Source: Acidobacteriota bacterium (lineage in GTDB: Bacteria; Acidobacteriota; UBA6911; RPQK01; JAJDTT01). From it: a stretch of DNA of 64,000 nucleotides. The first letter of the stretch is position 1, and every line of letters begins with the position of its first letter. The stretch covers positions 864,001 to 928,000 of the forward strand of contig OZ253580.1 in NCBI GenBank assembly GCA_965263035.1. Direction: 5' to 3'. Made by a program: the position numbers and the translations under genes. The notes under the pieces were generated by a model. The model ran no database searches and was not told the DNA's origin. It saw only the letters and a list, made by a program, of their open reading frames with translations. Of this stretch, positions 10,720 through 20,356 are shown one piece after another.

Positions 10720-11139
10720 TCAAGCAAACGTAAGGATTCCCAGGGCCGCCATCCCCAGGACGATCCCGGCCACCCCGTAGACCGACACACGTTCCTTAAA
10801 GAAGAGAATGCCGACCAGAACGACAAAAAACAGCCCGCCTCCCGGCGCCACTTGAAAGACGACGAACCCGGGGATTCCGTGGTCCAGGGACAATGCCATT
10901 CCCAATTGACCCAGCACGGCGCTGGAGGCCAATCCGATGCCAACCAAAACCTCTTGCTTGGTGAAGCGGCGATTCTTGGAGAAAAAGATGGCCGCCGAAA
11001 GGATAAATCCAGCCCAAAACCAGAGCATCAGGTAGGGGAACTTGAATGTCTCGGATAAACCCATCCCGGACATGATCCTCAGTCCGAAGGCTCCCAGCCC
11101 ATTGGTCACGAAACAGATCAGCATCATGCGGAGCCACAT
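10720..11139 (-). CDS. Half-size DMT/EamA-like membrane transporter subunit
   Basis: 139 aa, about five hydrophobic segments, ILFFKERV....GIVL typical of DMT C-termini. Confidence 0.7.
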   Translation of the reverse strand: MWLRMMLICFVTNGLGAFGLRIMSGMGLSETFKFPYLMLWFWAGFILSAAIFFSKNRRFTKQEVLVGIGLASSAVLGQLGMALSLDHGIPGFVVFQVAPGGGLFFVVLVGILFFKERVSVYGVAGIVLGMAALGILTFA

Positions 11140-11142
11140 GGG

Positions 11143-11646
11143 TCAATTCCCTTTCGGCGAACTGGAGGCTGCGGCAGCGGGCGCGAGGCCCGCGGCTGCC
11201 GCTTCGTCGATTTGCTTGTCCTTCCAGAGCAGGAAAACAGCCAAAACCACTAGAATGAGCCCGACTATCTTCCAGGGGCTGACGGGTTCTTTGTAGATAA
11301 CGATCGAGAGAATTGTGGGAAGTGACGTCGACAGGTTGATGACGACCCAGCTAGTGGCAATTTTTCCCTTCCCATAGCGCAGACCGGCTTGGAAAGCCAG
11401 GATCGCTGCGGCCGCCAGGAAACCACATACTGTGGCCACAAGGTAGAGCATCCCGGGCGTTTCTCTAACCAGAGCAGCCTTCCCCGCAGCGAGGAGATAA
11501 ACAGTCGTAAAGAGTCCTGCCCAAAAGAATATGCTCACCGAGATCGCTCGGGGACGGCACCGATACTGATCCGCCACCTTATGGAAGATGCCGATCAATC
11601 CGAGAGCCACCAAGGACATGCCCAGGAACAAATGACCCAAATGCAA
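11143..11646 (-). CDS. Half-size DMT/EamA-like membrane transporter subunit
   Basis: 167 aa, about five TM segments, SIVIYKEPVSPWKIVGL; TTG start with AGGAG RBS. Confidence 0.75.
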   Translation of the reverse strand: MHLGHLFLGMSLVALGLIGIFHKVADQYRCRPRAISVSIFFWAGLFTTVYLLAAGKAALVRETPGMLYLVATVCGFLAAAAILAFQAGLRYGKGKIATSWVVINLSTSLPTILSIVIYKEPVSPWKIVGLILVVLAVFLLWKDKQIDEAAAAGLAPAAAASSSPKGN

Positions 11647-11784
11647 GTTTCGACTCCTCTGGATGTTCCTTAGGAAACGTCAGCGGTTTTCAGCGGACGC
11701 TCCGACCCAATTGCTCAACAAACGTCAATTCAAGTGGAGTTCATGTGGGCAACCGACCTACCCCGCCCAACTCAACTGTGCGCC

Positions 11785-11815
11785 AATATAGTGCGGGGAG
11801 GAAATGAAGTCCATT
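11785..11815 (-). promoter_or_regulatory. Shared promoter/operator motif, copy D (TGGACT-N17-TATATT; palindrome AATGGACTTCATT)
   Basis: Reverse complement reads AATGGACTTCATTTCCTCCCCGCACTATATTGG, upstream of the DMT-DMT-Gfo unit; a second related site AGTGGAGTTCATG lies at 11733-11745. Confidence 0.65.
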
Positions 11816-11873
11816 CCCGCATCGTCCGGTCTCCACATTCGATGGCTGGACACCGGCAAGGCGGCAGATGTCA

Positions 11874-13577
11874 TCAGTGGCTCGGATGCTTCTCGGACGA
11901 ACCACGAGAACCTTCTATGACCTGGAGACGCTGATTGGCCCGAATTCCCTTCAGTGTATCCACGGTGCCGGATGGCCATCGGATCGCCAGCTCATCCACT
12001 TCGCTTCGTTCTCCCAGCCCCAAGTGCACCCAATAGGGTGAGGCTGAAAGATAACTGGCCCCGCCCAGCACCTGTGTTCTGAACCGCTTGTCTCCGACCC
12101 GCAACTCTATCCTTGCGCCAATGCCATTCGAGTTGGACTCGATTCCCTTCAGGCGGACTTCCAGCCAATTCTGTCCACTCCCGTGGTCGTTGGACAGGAG
12201 CATGGGACCTTGGCCGCAATTGCTGACCACGGCATCGAGATCCCCATCCTGATCAAAGTCACCCACGGCCAAACCGCGGCTTACCTGGGACCCCGACAAG
12301 GGATCACCAGGCTGACCTGCCTGGTTGACGAAACGCCCGTCCCGATTCTCGAACAGCAGCTTGGGCTGAGCGTAGGATGCTCCGGGTCGGATCTGAACGA
12401 TATTGTCGATGATATGTCCGTTGACAACGAGGATATCCAAGTCGCTGTCGTTGTCGAAATCGAGGAAACGGACACCGAAACCCACCAGATTCCGGGACGC
12501 CAATTTGACTTCGAAGAGGGCCGCGACCTCCTCAAAGAAAAAATCGTGATTCAGGTAAAGGGCAAGATACTCAACGTCCAGATTGGTGACTGCAATATCG
12601 GGCAAGCCGTCTCCATTGAAGTCGGCCATGTCGGCTCCCATACCGGCCTGGGGCGCCCCATTCTCATCGAAAGCCACACCCATATTGAGGCCGATCTCTT
12701 CGAAAGTACCGTTCTGCAGATTCTTGAACAGGTAGTTCCCCTGGGAATCGTTTGCGACGTAGATGTCGATCCATCCATCCCAGTCGAAGTCCCCCGCGAC
12801 GACTCCAAGGCTCTTTCCGGTGTATCGGGCGATTCCCGCCTGCTCGCTGATATCGGCGAATGTACCGTTTCCGTTATTTCGGAAGAGGAGGTCCGAGAGG
12901 CCATCGTAGACCTTGGGTGAGCAATAGGTTCGAATGCCCTTCTCGAGCCACGGTCCACAGACACGATTGTTGGCGAAGTTGTGGTCGAGGTACCTGGTCA
13001 CATAGAGATCGAGGTCCCCGTCGTTGTCGATGTCCAGGAATGCCGCGCTTGCCGACCAGCGGCCGTCCCCTGCCACTCCGGCTTGTTCGGTTCGGTCCTC
13101 AAAAGTCCCGTCCCCTTGATTTGCATATAGGATATTGCGTCCTGCGAAGTTTGTGATCAGGAGGTCATCGTCCCCATCGCCATCGTAATCCGCCACGGCA
13201 ATCCCTTGTCCGTAATCCTCGCTGGCCTTGATTCCTGCTGTGCGTGTCTGGTCGCGGAATCGTCCCTCCCCCAGATTTCGGTAGAGTGCGTGTCTGACGG
13301 GTGAAGGATCGATCACGCCCGGAACGCGTCCGCCATTGACAAAGAAGATATCCAGACTGCCATCCCCATCGTAGTCGAATAGCGCCACGCCGGAGCCCAT
13401 TGTCTCAACCAGATACTTCTCGGGGCTGGCGGAGTTCACATGTCGAAAACGGATTCCCGCCGGCTCGGTGATGTCTGAAAAATAGGCGTTTGGGGACGTC
13501 TGGGCAGCAGGCGTACCAGCGGCAACGACCAACAGGTTCGACCAGATGAATGCGCATCGTCCAACGCCCATCCTCAA
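11874..13577 (-). CDS. CRTAC1-family protein (FG-GAP plus ASPIC/UnbV)
   Basis: KYLVETMGSGVALFDYDGDG, DxDxDG repeats, SRGLAVGDFDQDGDLD, GASYLS..HLGLG..WPSG. Confidence 0.9.
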   Translation of the reverse strand: MRMGVGRCAFIWSNLLVVAAGTPAAQTSPNAYFSDITEPAGIRFRHVNSASPEKYLVETMGSGVALFDYDGDGSLDIFFVNGGRVPGVIDPSPVRHALYRNLGEGRFRDQTRTAGIKASEDYGQGIAVADYDGDGDDDLLITNFAGRNILYANQGDGTFEDRTEQAGVAGDGRWSASAAFLDIDNDGDLDLYVTRYLDHNFANNRVCGPWLEKGIRTYCSPKVYDGLSDLLFRNNGNGTFADISEQAGIARYTGKSLGVVAGDFDWDGWIDIYVANDSQGNYLFKNLQNGTFEEIGLNMGVAFDENGAPQAGMGADMADFNGDGLPDIAVTNLDVEYLALYLNHDFFFEEVAALFEVKLASRNLVGFGVRFLDFDNDSDLDILVVNGHIIDNIVQIRPGASYAQPKLLFENRDGRFVNQAGQPGDPLSGSQVSRGLAVGDFDQDGDLDAVVSNCGQGPMLLSNDHGSGQNWLEVRLKGIESNSNGIGARIELRVGDKRFRTQVLGGASYLSASPYWVHLGLGERSEVDELAIRWPSGTVDTLKGIRANQRLQVIEGSRGSSEKHPSH

Positions 13578-15058
13578 TTTGGACTCGATCCCGTGGACAA
13601 GAGTTGCTCAAAAATTTGTCTCTGGCGCGCGGCTTCTTGCACTCTTCCCAATCGTCGGAGAACCGATGAGAGGTTGAGGTGAAATAAGGCGTTCTTGGAG
13701 TCAAGCCGGATAGCTTTCTCGTAGGCGGTACGCGCCTTCTCGAATGAGCCAGTCGCAAAATGGAGATTTCCCAACTGGTTTTGGTGCGATCCGTTGGCTG
13801 GATCCAAGGTGACAGCATGGCTGAGAGCATCGATGGCCTCGGCGGTTCTCTGAACACTGTGCAGGATGTCGGCGAGAGAACGATAGTAGGCTGCGTTATA
13901 GGGCCTGGATTCTATGGCTTTTCGCAGCGCAGCGATGGAACCCTTGGAGTCCCCCTTCAGTGCAAGCACTTGAGCTATCCCGTAGTGACAGATGTCCTGA
14001 TTGGGATGTGGTCCCAATGCTTCCCTGAATGCTTCCAAAGCAGGTTCCAGCCTCCTCTCCTGCAGAAGTTTCATGCCTTTCTGGTAGAGGCTCTGACTTC
14101 TCGCGATCTCTTCATTCAGTTGACTGGTCTGCTCTTGCAGCTCTCGGTAACGATCGAGGGCCTCACTGGACTCTCTGAAGGCACCGGACCTCCTGTGGGC
14201 ACGGCTTAGAAGATAGTAGGCTTCCGGAGCCAATTGGTTTAATTCGACAGCCTTTTCCAGGTGCCGGAGAGCGGAACTGATCTGGTTCCGTTTCAGGTGA
14301 AGAGCTCCCAACTGCAAATGGAGCTTGAAGTTTCCCAATCCCAGAGCTTGAGCTCGCTCCAGGGAAAGCCGGCCCTGTTCAAAAGTGGATTTCTCCTGAC
14401 TGTAATAGGTCCCAAGAGCCAGGTGTGCGTAGGCGAGTTCAGAATCGAGTTCAATCGCTTTGCGTAGCCGTGCTTCGCCTTGAGAGTCGTCATTGATGGC
14501 CAAACGGTTTCTACCAGAGACGTACCACGCCTCGGCGTTTTGCGGGTCCGATTCAATGATCCGTTCTGCGATCCCTTCTGACCGAGCGTGTTCTCCCTTC
14601 TCGCCCAGCACATAGGCCAGCGTGAGCTGTGCGGCTGGGCAATCCGGCGCCAGCTTGGAGCAGGCTGTGGCGGTGTCTTCCGCAGCGCCTGGTTCATTGA
14701 GTCGGAGGTAGATCCTCGCCACGTATAGACAATAGGGCCACCGCTCGCCCGAAGAAGCCGCCTTCAGATAAGCCGCCAGGGCATTGTTATAGTCGCCTCG
14801 CATTTCCAGTGACTTGGCCGATTCAAAGTGAACTTGACCCGGAGCCTCGGACACCGGCCTCGCGCAAACATAAGTCAACCAAGGCATTCCGTCGGGTTGT
14901 TGCTGCTGCGAGGCAATAGTGCTGACCGCAACCAGGAGCAGGTGCAGGCTAATCATGTACAGGTGAGATCTCCGCCAAGTCAGCCTTGATCCACGGAAAA
15001 CGCCGACTCGAACACCCAAAATACCCGGGATCCAGACGACTGCAAGACCCGAAAACAA
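13574..15058 (-). CDS. Tetratricopeptide repeat protein
   Basis: Multiple TPR units; stop overlaps the CRTAC1 start. The true start may be downstream (MISLHLLLVAV). Confidence 0.85.
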   Translation of the reverse strand: MFSGLAVVWIPGILGVRVGVFRGSRLTWRRSHLYMISLHLLLVAVSTIASQQQQPDGMPWLTYVCARPVSEAPGQVHFESAKSLEMRGDYNNALAAYLKAASSGERWPYCLYVARIYLRLNEPGAAEDTATACSKLAPDCPAAQLTLAYVLGEKGEHARSEGIAERIIESDPQNAEAWYVSGRNRLAINDDSQGEARLRKAIELDSELAYAHLALGTYYSQEKSTFEQGRLSLERAQALGLGNFKLHLQLGALHLKRNQISSALRHLEKAVELNQLAPEAYYLLSRAHRRSGAFRESSEALDRYRELQEQTSQLNEEIARSQSLYQKGMKLLQERRLEPALEAFREALGPHPNQDICHYGIAQVLALKGDSKGSIAALRKAIESRPYNAAYYRSLADILHSVQRTAEAIDALSHAVTLDPANGSHQNQLGNLHFATGSFEKARTAYEKAIRLDSKNALFHLNLSSVLRRLGRVQEAARQRQIFEQLLSTGSSPN

Positions 15059-15078
15059 TCCATGACAGCGAAAGATGC

Positions 15079-17643
15079 CTACTCGGCTGTCAAACCACTC
15101 TGGAGCTCATCGATCTTCTCGCCGATCAGCGCCGAGTAGTGACGCCAACTGGATTGATCCCCTCCGCTGGCGTCGGTCATCTGAAACTCGAAATTGTCGT
15201 TCATGAAGGTGACGGTTTCTGCAAGCCGATCGCGGGCCCGTTGAAGAGTCTCTTGGGAGACGTCAGAGCTTTTGGTTGCGCAATCCCGGTAGGCAACGTG
15301 CAGAGCCGACACGCTGTCGGCAAACCGATATCCAAGATTGAGGCGGGCGAACAGGTGCTCAAGATCTTCTTTGGCTTCTGGTCTCAAGTCCTTCGATTGC
15401 AAGGCAGTCTGAACCAGCCCCGACGCCTCTCGAGTTACGGCAGCTCGCAGGTTCCAGACCCTCGATAGTTTGTCATGCAGCACCGCGCCGGTAATCTCAG
15501 TGGTCTCCCCCGAGGCCGCCAGGGCCATCCTCACCAATCGCCGGTCGACTTCGACAAGGTCCGGCCTCCAGGTGCGTGAAGCCCGTGCAGAATTATAGGC
15601 AAGTGTGTGCATGGGGTAGATTCGCCGGCTAGCCCAATGGGGCGTGGTTTCATTCACCCTTTTCTTTTCGGTTACAAACTCGCGCTGGACTCGGTAAAGC
15701 CGGTTATACCGATACATGAATGCGCCCGCCCGTTCGCCATAGATCTTCCTGCAAGCCTGGCCCAGAAAACCGTTTTCGCCGAAGATCTCCGCCGGCTCAT
15801 CCAGATTGAAGGTTCCGCGCATATAATTTTCCCGCGACTCACTGTGCGTCGTAGCGGGAATGAATATTCCGTGAGCTCGAGTATTCCAACTGTAAGCTGC
15901 GTTGAGCAATTGCATCGGTTCCTGCGCAAATGAGCCGGAACTGTTTTCGATGGTCGTTGCCCCCTCAAACATCACATTGGTCAATGGCGAAGTCACAAAT
16001 GGGTAGTCATTGTAGGTAAAATCCGCGCCTTGAAAGACGAGAAAGTAAGTACCGATCTCCAGGTCGTGTCTATCGAACCGGGATTGGAGTGCCGGCACCC
16101 ACCTGTCCCGCGTCTCTTCAAGCGGCCAGATTTCCCGAAATCCGATTTGTACCTCAGGTACCTGGTAAGTCAATTGCTTGCCGACGTTTGTCCACAGTGC
16201 CAATAGATTGTTCCAATCTTCGTGCGCCTCCGGGACCGTTTTTATGCTGTACAGCTCCGACTCCCCTGTTCCATAGGTCACGTAACCGGGAGAAATCAGC
16301 CCCACAAAGCAGTCTCTCTTGGCATCATAGCCGGTCTCCTCGTTCCGGACGCTGAAGACCGCGTCCAGCAGCGCGTTGAAGCCGTGAGCCAATGCGCCTG
16401 CCCCTCCGTCAGGCGCCTTCAAGTCGTCATTCGGCCATTTCTTGCGGCAACGATCACAGCGGCGATTCTTCCATTCCGGCGCCGCGTCCCGGTAGTTGTC
16501 CACGTCTTCGTTGTGAATATAGAGACCGCCGGGCTCCAGGGCGCGAACATACGCCGCAAGCTCCTCCGCCTTCAATCCGTTGAGCGGTTCGTTGCTCCGG
16601 CACGTACCAAGACCGCGGGTGAAATCCGCAGGCAGGCGCCCGAAATATTGCTCGTCCTCGTAAGGATGTCCGAGGCAACTATAAATCTCACCATCCGGAT
16701 AGGATTCCCGGTTAAAAAAGATCCTTCCCTGATAGGAGGGCGCCCCTCCTTCGCTGGTTCCACCAAAAAACTGGTACGTACCTAACGCGTACCCGGCGCC
16801 ATAACCCCCGTGGAAAAGGCGAATTCCCCGTTGTCTCGCGTACTTTGCCAGTTCCCTGATCAAGGAGTTGTACCCGGGGGCCCGGTCGAGCGCCCAACCA
16901 AAGCCCTCGAAACGAACCGCGTTTATCTTGTAGAGAAGACAAAAATCGAGTTTTCTTTTCGCTCGTGCGAGGTATTTCTCGCGGCCGTCGCCGTAATCGT
17001 ATGCCCATCGGTTGATCTCATTGTTGAGCAGCCAATCAGAGGCGACCCGGTATTTGAATGAGGGGAAATCCCGAATATGGGCCGTCGTGATCCTGATCTC
17101 CTCTTCCCGCCGATTGATGAGCTGGATCAGCGTCGTGGCAGCATAGAGGAGGCCCTGACCGCCGGCTCCCACCAGAAAAATTCCATTGCCTTGGGTACGG
17201 ATCACGTAATTTTGTTCGAGGTTCCGGGGGTCCTCGAGGACCTGACGGTCCGCCTCGTCCAGCAGCGGGAGATCGGGCCGTTTATCGTAGTTCACCAGAA
17301 AAATCGTGGCCTGCGCCTTTTCCGGCACAGGCCCAGGAAGCTGAGCCACCTCCGCGATGTCAGACACAGCTCCCAACTCTTGGAGCCGGTTGAGGATGAT
17401 TCGTTGGGCAAGAACCTCCTTGAATGTGGGAGCTGTGGAAGGAACGATCACCAGGGCCGCCGCTCGATTCGGCACCAGAATGTCACGTGTCTGAAACGAA
17501 ACAAACTGGGGATCGGGAATAATAAAAGGACCTGCGACGGGCTGTTGGCGGCACGCCGGCTGGGTCGCGAGCACCCCAACGACGACGACGGACAAGGCTG
17601 CCGAGAACACTTTCTTGCCGACGCGCCGCATTCTGAATCTCAT
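15079..17643 (-). CDS. GH20 zincin-like N-terminal domain protein with unassigned catalytic domain, paralog P1 (possible lipoprotein)
   Basis: IIPDPQ..EQNYVI..GLLYAATTLIQL..IRDFPSFKYR N-domain; family motifs RWAYDYGDG, GTCRSN, YIHNED, CDRC..WPNDD, QEP..NAAYSWN. Confidence 0.8.
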   Translation of the reverse strand: MRFRMRRVGKKVFSAALSVVVVGVLATQPACRQQPVAGPFIIPDPQFVSFQTRDILVPNRAAALVIVPSTAPTFKEVLAQRIILNRLQELGAVSDIAEVAQLPGPVPEKAQATIFLVNYDKRPDLPLLDEADRQVLEDPRNLEQNYVIRTQGNGIFLVGAGGQGLLYAATTLIQLINRREEEIRITTAHIRDFPSFKYRVASDWLLNNEINRWAYDYGDGREKYLARAKRKLDFCLLYKINAVRFEGFGWALDRAPGYNSLIRELAKYARQRGIRLFHGGYGAGYALGTYQFFGGTSEGGAPSYQGRIFFNRESYPDGEIYSCLGHPYEDEQYFGRLPADFTRGLGTCRSNEPLNGLKAEELAAYVRALEPGGLYIHNEDVDNYRDAAPEWKNRRCDRCRKKWPNDDLKAPDGGAGALAHGFNALLDAVFSVRNEETGYDAKRDCFVGLISPGYVTYGTGESELYSIKTVPEAHEDWNNLLALWTNVGKQLTYQVPEVQIGFREIWPLEETRDRWVPALQSRFDRHDLEIGTYFLVFQGADFTYNDYPFVTSPLTNVMFEGATTIENSSGSFAQEPMQLLNAAYSWNTRAHGIFIPATTHSESRENYMRGTFNLDEPAEIFGENGFLGQACRKIYGERAGAFMYRYNRLYRVQREFVTEKKRVNETTPHWASRRIYPMHTLAYNSARASRTWRPDLVEVDRRLVRMALAASGETTEITGAVLHDKLSRVWNLRAAVTREASGLVQTALQSKDLRPEAKEDLEHLFARLNLGYRFADSVSALHVAYRDCATKSSDVSQETLQRARDRLAETVTFMNDNFEFQMTDASGGDQSSWRHYSALIGEKIDELQSGLTAE

Positions 17644-17645
17644 CG

Positions 17646-20024
17646 TCAGTTGCCGGACGAAATGACTTTCCGAATTCGCTTCAATGCCGCAAGAGAGCTT
17701 CCCACTTCACCTCCGGAGGGATGGAGTGTCTCAGTCCCAAACTGGTTGCGAACGAACACTTCGAGGCGCTCGCTCTGGACCCGTATCAACTCCCTTTGGA
17801 CCTCTTTTGCCTTGCCAGGCGTCATAATGAAATATGAGTGCAGGTTGGAAATAAGGTCTGCAAACCTCACTCCGAGCTGTACAGTCGACAACAGGTGCTC
17901 CAAGTCTGCCCTCGAATCCTCGTAGGGGCCAGTCACTCTGAGAGCGTTTTCCAGGAGCCTTTCTCCCTGCCGCGTGACTCGTTCCCACTTCCTCCAGCGA
18001 GATACGAGGCGCGAATGAAGATCGTCTACCGAAAGTTGGTGTTCCTTCATGAACTGCACTAGACGAACGTGTTCAATCTGTCGGCCCCAAGTCCTTCTAT
18101 CCACTGCAAGATTCCGCCACATGGCCGTGAGTGGATAGAGCCTGGGCCACATTCTCGGCGGCGTCTCATCGGCGGAGGCTTCCTCAAAGAGGGTGTTGAA
18201 ACGCACCATCGAGGGTGCCGCTTTCTCACCGTAGAGGCGGATGCAAGCCCGCTCGAGCAATCCTCCCTGTCCAAAGATCTCCTCCGGCCAAACTCGATTG
18301 TGTTGAAGGTCCAGCCGGATCGTCATCGCCGTCTCGTAGGACTTGGGGTCCCTGTAAAACCCAGTGGACTGAACGTTCCAACTGTATTCGGCGTCGATCC
18401 ACTGGAGCGGTTCCTGATTGAACCCGTTCCCGCCGTCATAGATGGTGCCGGCTCCCAAAAACGCGGCGTTCAAAGCCGGAGAGGAGACAACGGGATAGTC
18501 GTTGTAAAAATAGTTTGCACCACTACAGAAGAACATGAACATTTTGAATGGCCGGTCCGCCCTTTCCATCGCTTGGTTATAGTCGTCGACAAATCTCCTG
18601 GCCGTATCCTGCTGCGGAAAGATCTCGCGGAATCCGATCTGAATGTTTCTTGATGCCGGCAACAAACGCGCAGTCTCTTCCCATAGTTCAACAACATTCT
18701 CCCAATCCGCCGGAGATCGGGAGTCCGTTATGTAGACCGGGGAAATTGGGACGACTATACAGTCGCGCGATGCATCGTAACCGGTGTCGGGATTCTTGAC
18801 GCTGAAGACGGCTTCGATCAGCTCGCGGTATCCATGGGCCAGTCCGCCAGCTCCGCCATCCGGAGCCTTCAGGTCGTCGTTCGGCCAGCGGGCGCGGCAA
18901 CGGTCACATCGCTGCAGCCAGGAGCCCTGCGTGCCCTTGAATCCCCCAAAATCCTCGAAATGAATATAGAGCCCTCCAGGTTCTGTTTTCGCCACATAGT
19001 TTCGTAACTCTTCAGCTTTTAGCCGATTGAGGTCACTATTGGCCCGGCAGCTACCAGTGGTTCGAGGATTCATCCCTCCTTTTCTCGTCCTGGGAAATCC
19101 CATACATTCATAAACCTTCCCTTCGGGATAAGATTCCCGATTCAGGAAAAGCTTACCCAGATAAGGCGCTTCTTCGTAAAGAGGACCGCCCTGGTAGCTC
19201 ATGCCATAGCTTGCGCCGTACCCGCCGGTGACCAAATGGATTCCCCGCTGACGGGCATACTGGTTCAGTTCCTGCATCAGCGCCGGGAATTCGGGGAACA
19301 GATCCGTGCCCCAGCCATATCCGTGAAACAGGACCATGTTGATTTTCTGTCGCAGGCAGAGGTCGAGCTTTCGTTTGATTCGTTTCGAATAGGCCTCGAT
19401 CCCGTCACCCCAGTCATAGCTCCAACGATCGATTTCAACGTTCATCAACCAGTCGGCAGCCAGCCTGTATTCGAAATCGGGATGGTCCCTGATCTGACAA
19501 CCTTCAATTTGGATTTCACCGGCCGCGCCTTTGATCAACTGCGTCAGAGACACGGCTGCGTAGAGCACACCCTGGCCTCCGGAACCAATCAAGTAAATGC
19601 TTCGATTGGCTGGATCGACCCAGAGCACATATTCTTGGCCGGTTGCGCTTGGGGAGCTCAAAAGCTCGCGGTCACTGAAACTCAATACCTCACGCCGGTC
19701 CGAGTCACCTGGGCGTGTCCAGTCGGCATAGGACGCAAGCAGGACCTTCAAATCACCGCCTGATTGTTGTTCCAACAAGCCGTAACGGTGCGGTGTGATC
19801 TCCACTTCCGCGTCCCGTAGGGCCTCGTCGATCAAGCCGACGGCGATTTCCAGCTTTTCGGACGGCGCATCGGGCAAAAGGTAGTCGACCGTAATTTCCC
19901 CACTGAGGGAGATAGCGCCATGCGTCCGCTGAAAATCTTGAGGCGTCGGCAAAACGCCTGAATCTTCTCCGTAAAGGACGATCGTGGGGGTAAACAGGAA
20001 CAGAATGAGAACGACTTGCCTCAT
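17646..20024 (-). CDS. GH20 zincin-like N-terminal domain protein, paralog P2
   Basis: Start reassigned to ATG 20024 (GGAGG RBS; MRQVVLILFLF signal peptide); same motif set (RWSYDWGDG, GSCRAN, YIHFED, CDRC..WPNDD, AEYSWN). Confidence 0.8.
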   Translation of the reverse strand: MRQVVLILFLFTPTIVLYGEDSGVLPTPQDFQRTHGAISLSGEITVDYLLPDAPSEKLEIAVGLIDEALRDAEVEITPHRYGLLEQQSGGDLKVLLASYADWTRPGDSDRREVLSFSDRELLSSPSATGQEYVLWVDPANRSIYLIGSGGQGVLYAAVSLTQLIKGAAGEIQIEGCQIRDHPDFEYRLAADWLMNVEIDRWSYDWGDGIEAYSKRIKRKLDLCLRQKINMVLFHGYGWGTDLFPEFPALMQELNQYARQRGIHLVTGGYGASYGMSYQGGPLYEEAPYLGKLFLNRESYPEGKVYECMGFPRTRKGGMNPRTTGSCRANSDLNRLKAEELRNYVAKTEPGGLYIHFEDFGGFKGTQGSWLQRCDRCRARWPNDDLKAPDGGAGGLAHGYRELIEAVFSVKNPDTGYDASRDCIVVPISPVYITDSRSPADWENVVELWEETARLLPASRNIQIGFREIFPQQDTARRFVDDYNQAMERADRPFKMFMFFCSGANYFYNDYPVVSSPALNAAFLGAGTIYDGGNGFNQEPLQWIDAEYSWNVQSTGFYRDPKSYETAMTIRLDLQHNRVWPEEIFGQGGLLERACIRLYGEKAAPSMVRFNTLFEEASADETPPRMWPRLYPLTAMWRNLAVDRRTWGRQIEHVRLVQFMKEHQLSVDDLHSRLVSRWRKWERVTRQGERLLENALRVTGPYEDSRADLEHLLSTVQLGVRFADLISNLHSYFIMTPGKAKEVQRELIRVQSERLEVFVRNQFGTETLHPSGGEVGSSLAALKRIRKVISSGN

Positions 20025-20077
20025 CGCAATGCCTCCATCTGATTCGTTTTTCCGGGGCATTGGCAGAAATCGAGGAA

Positions 20078-20134
20078 CTGCCCCACCAACGAGATTTCCC
20101 ACCAAGATAGACTGGGGCCCAAGGGAAGTCCACT
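20078..20134 (-). promoter_or_regulatory. Shared promoter/operator motif, copy A (TGGACT-N17-TATCTT)
   Basis: Reverse complement AGTGGACTTCCCTTGGGCCCCAGTCTATCTTGGTGGGAAATCTCGTTGGTGGGGCAG; upstream of P2-P1-TPR-CRTAC1. Confidence 0.7.
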
Positions 20135-20292
20135 CAGCTATTGGATGTCCTGGATGACGACACCCGGGCGCGGCTGGCAATTGGAGTTGATAAGCGGATG
20201 AATCGGAAAAGAATTCAGGATCCGTTACCGAAGTGGTTCGTGGATGCGAGTGTACCGGAGTCCATTCGGTCAGGTCAGGTATCTGGGATCAC

Positions 20293-20350
20293 GGTGGACT
20301 TCACTCGGTCCCCGGTCTATCTTAGTTGGTAGTTTTGTCATTGAGGGCAG
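20293..20350 (+). promoter_or_regulatory. Shared promoter/operator motif, copy B (TGGACT-N17-TATCTT)
   Basis: GGTGGACTTCACTCGGTCCCCGGTCTATCTTAG...TTGAGGGCAG; immediately upstream of the TolB-like/algI/algJ unit. Confidence 0.7.
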
Positions 20351-20356
20351 ATCACG

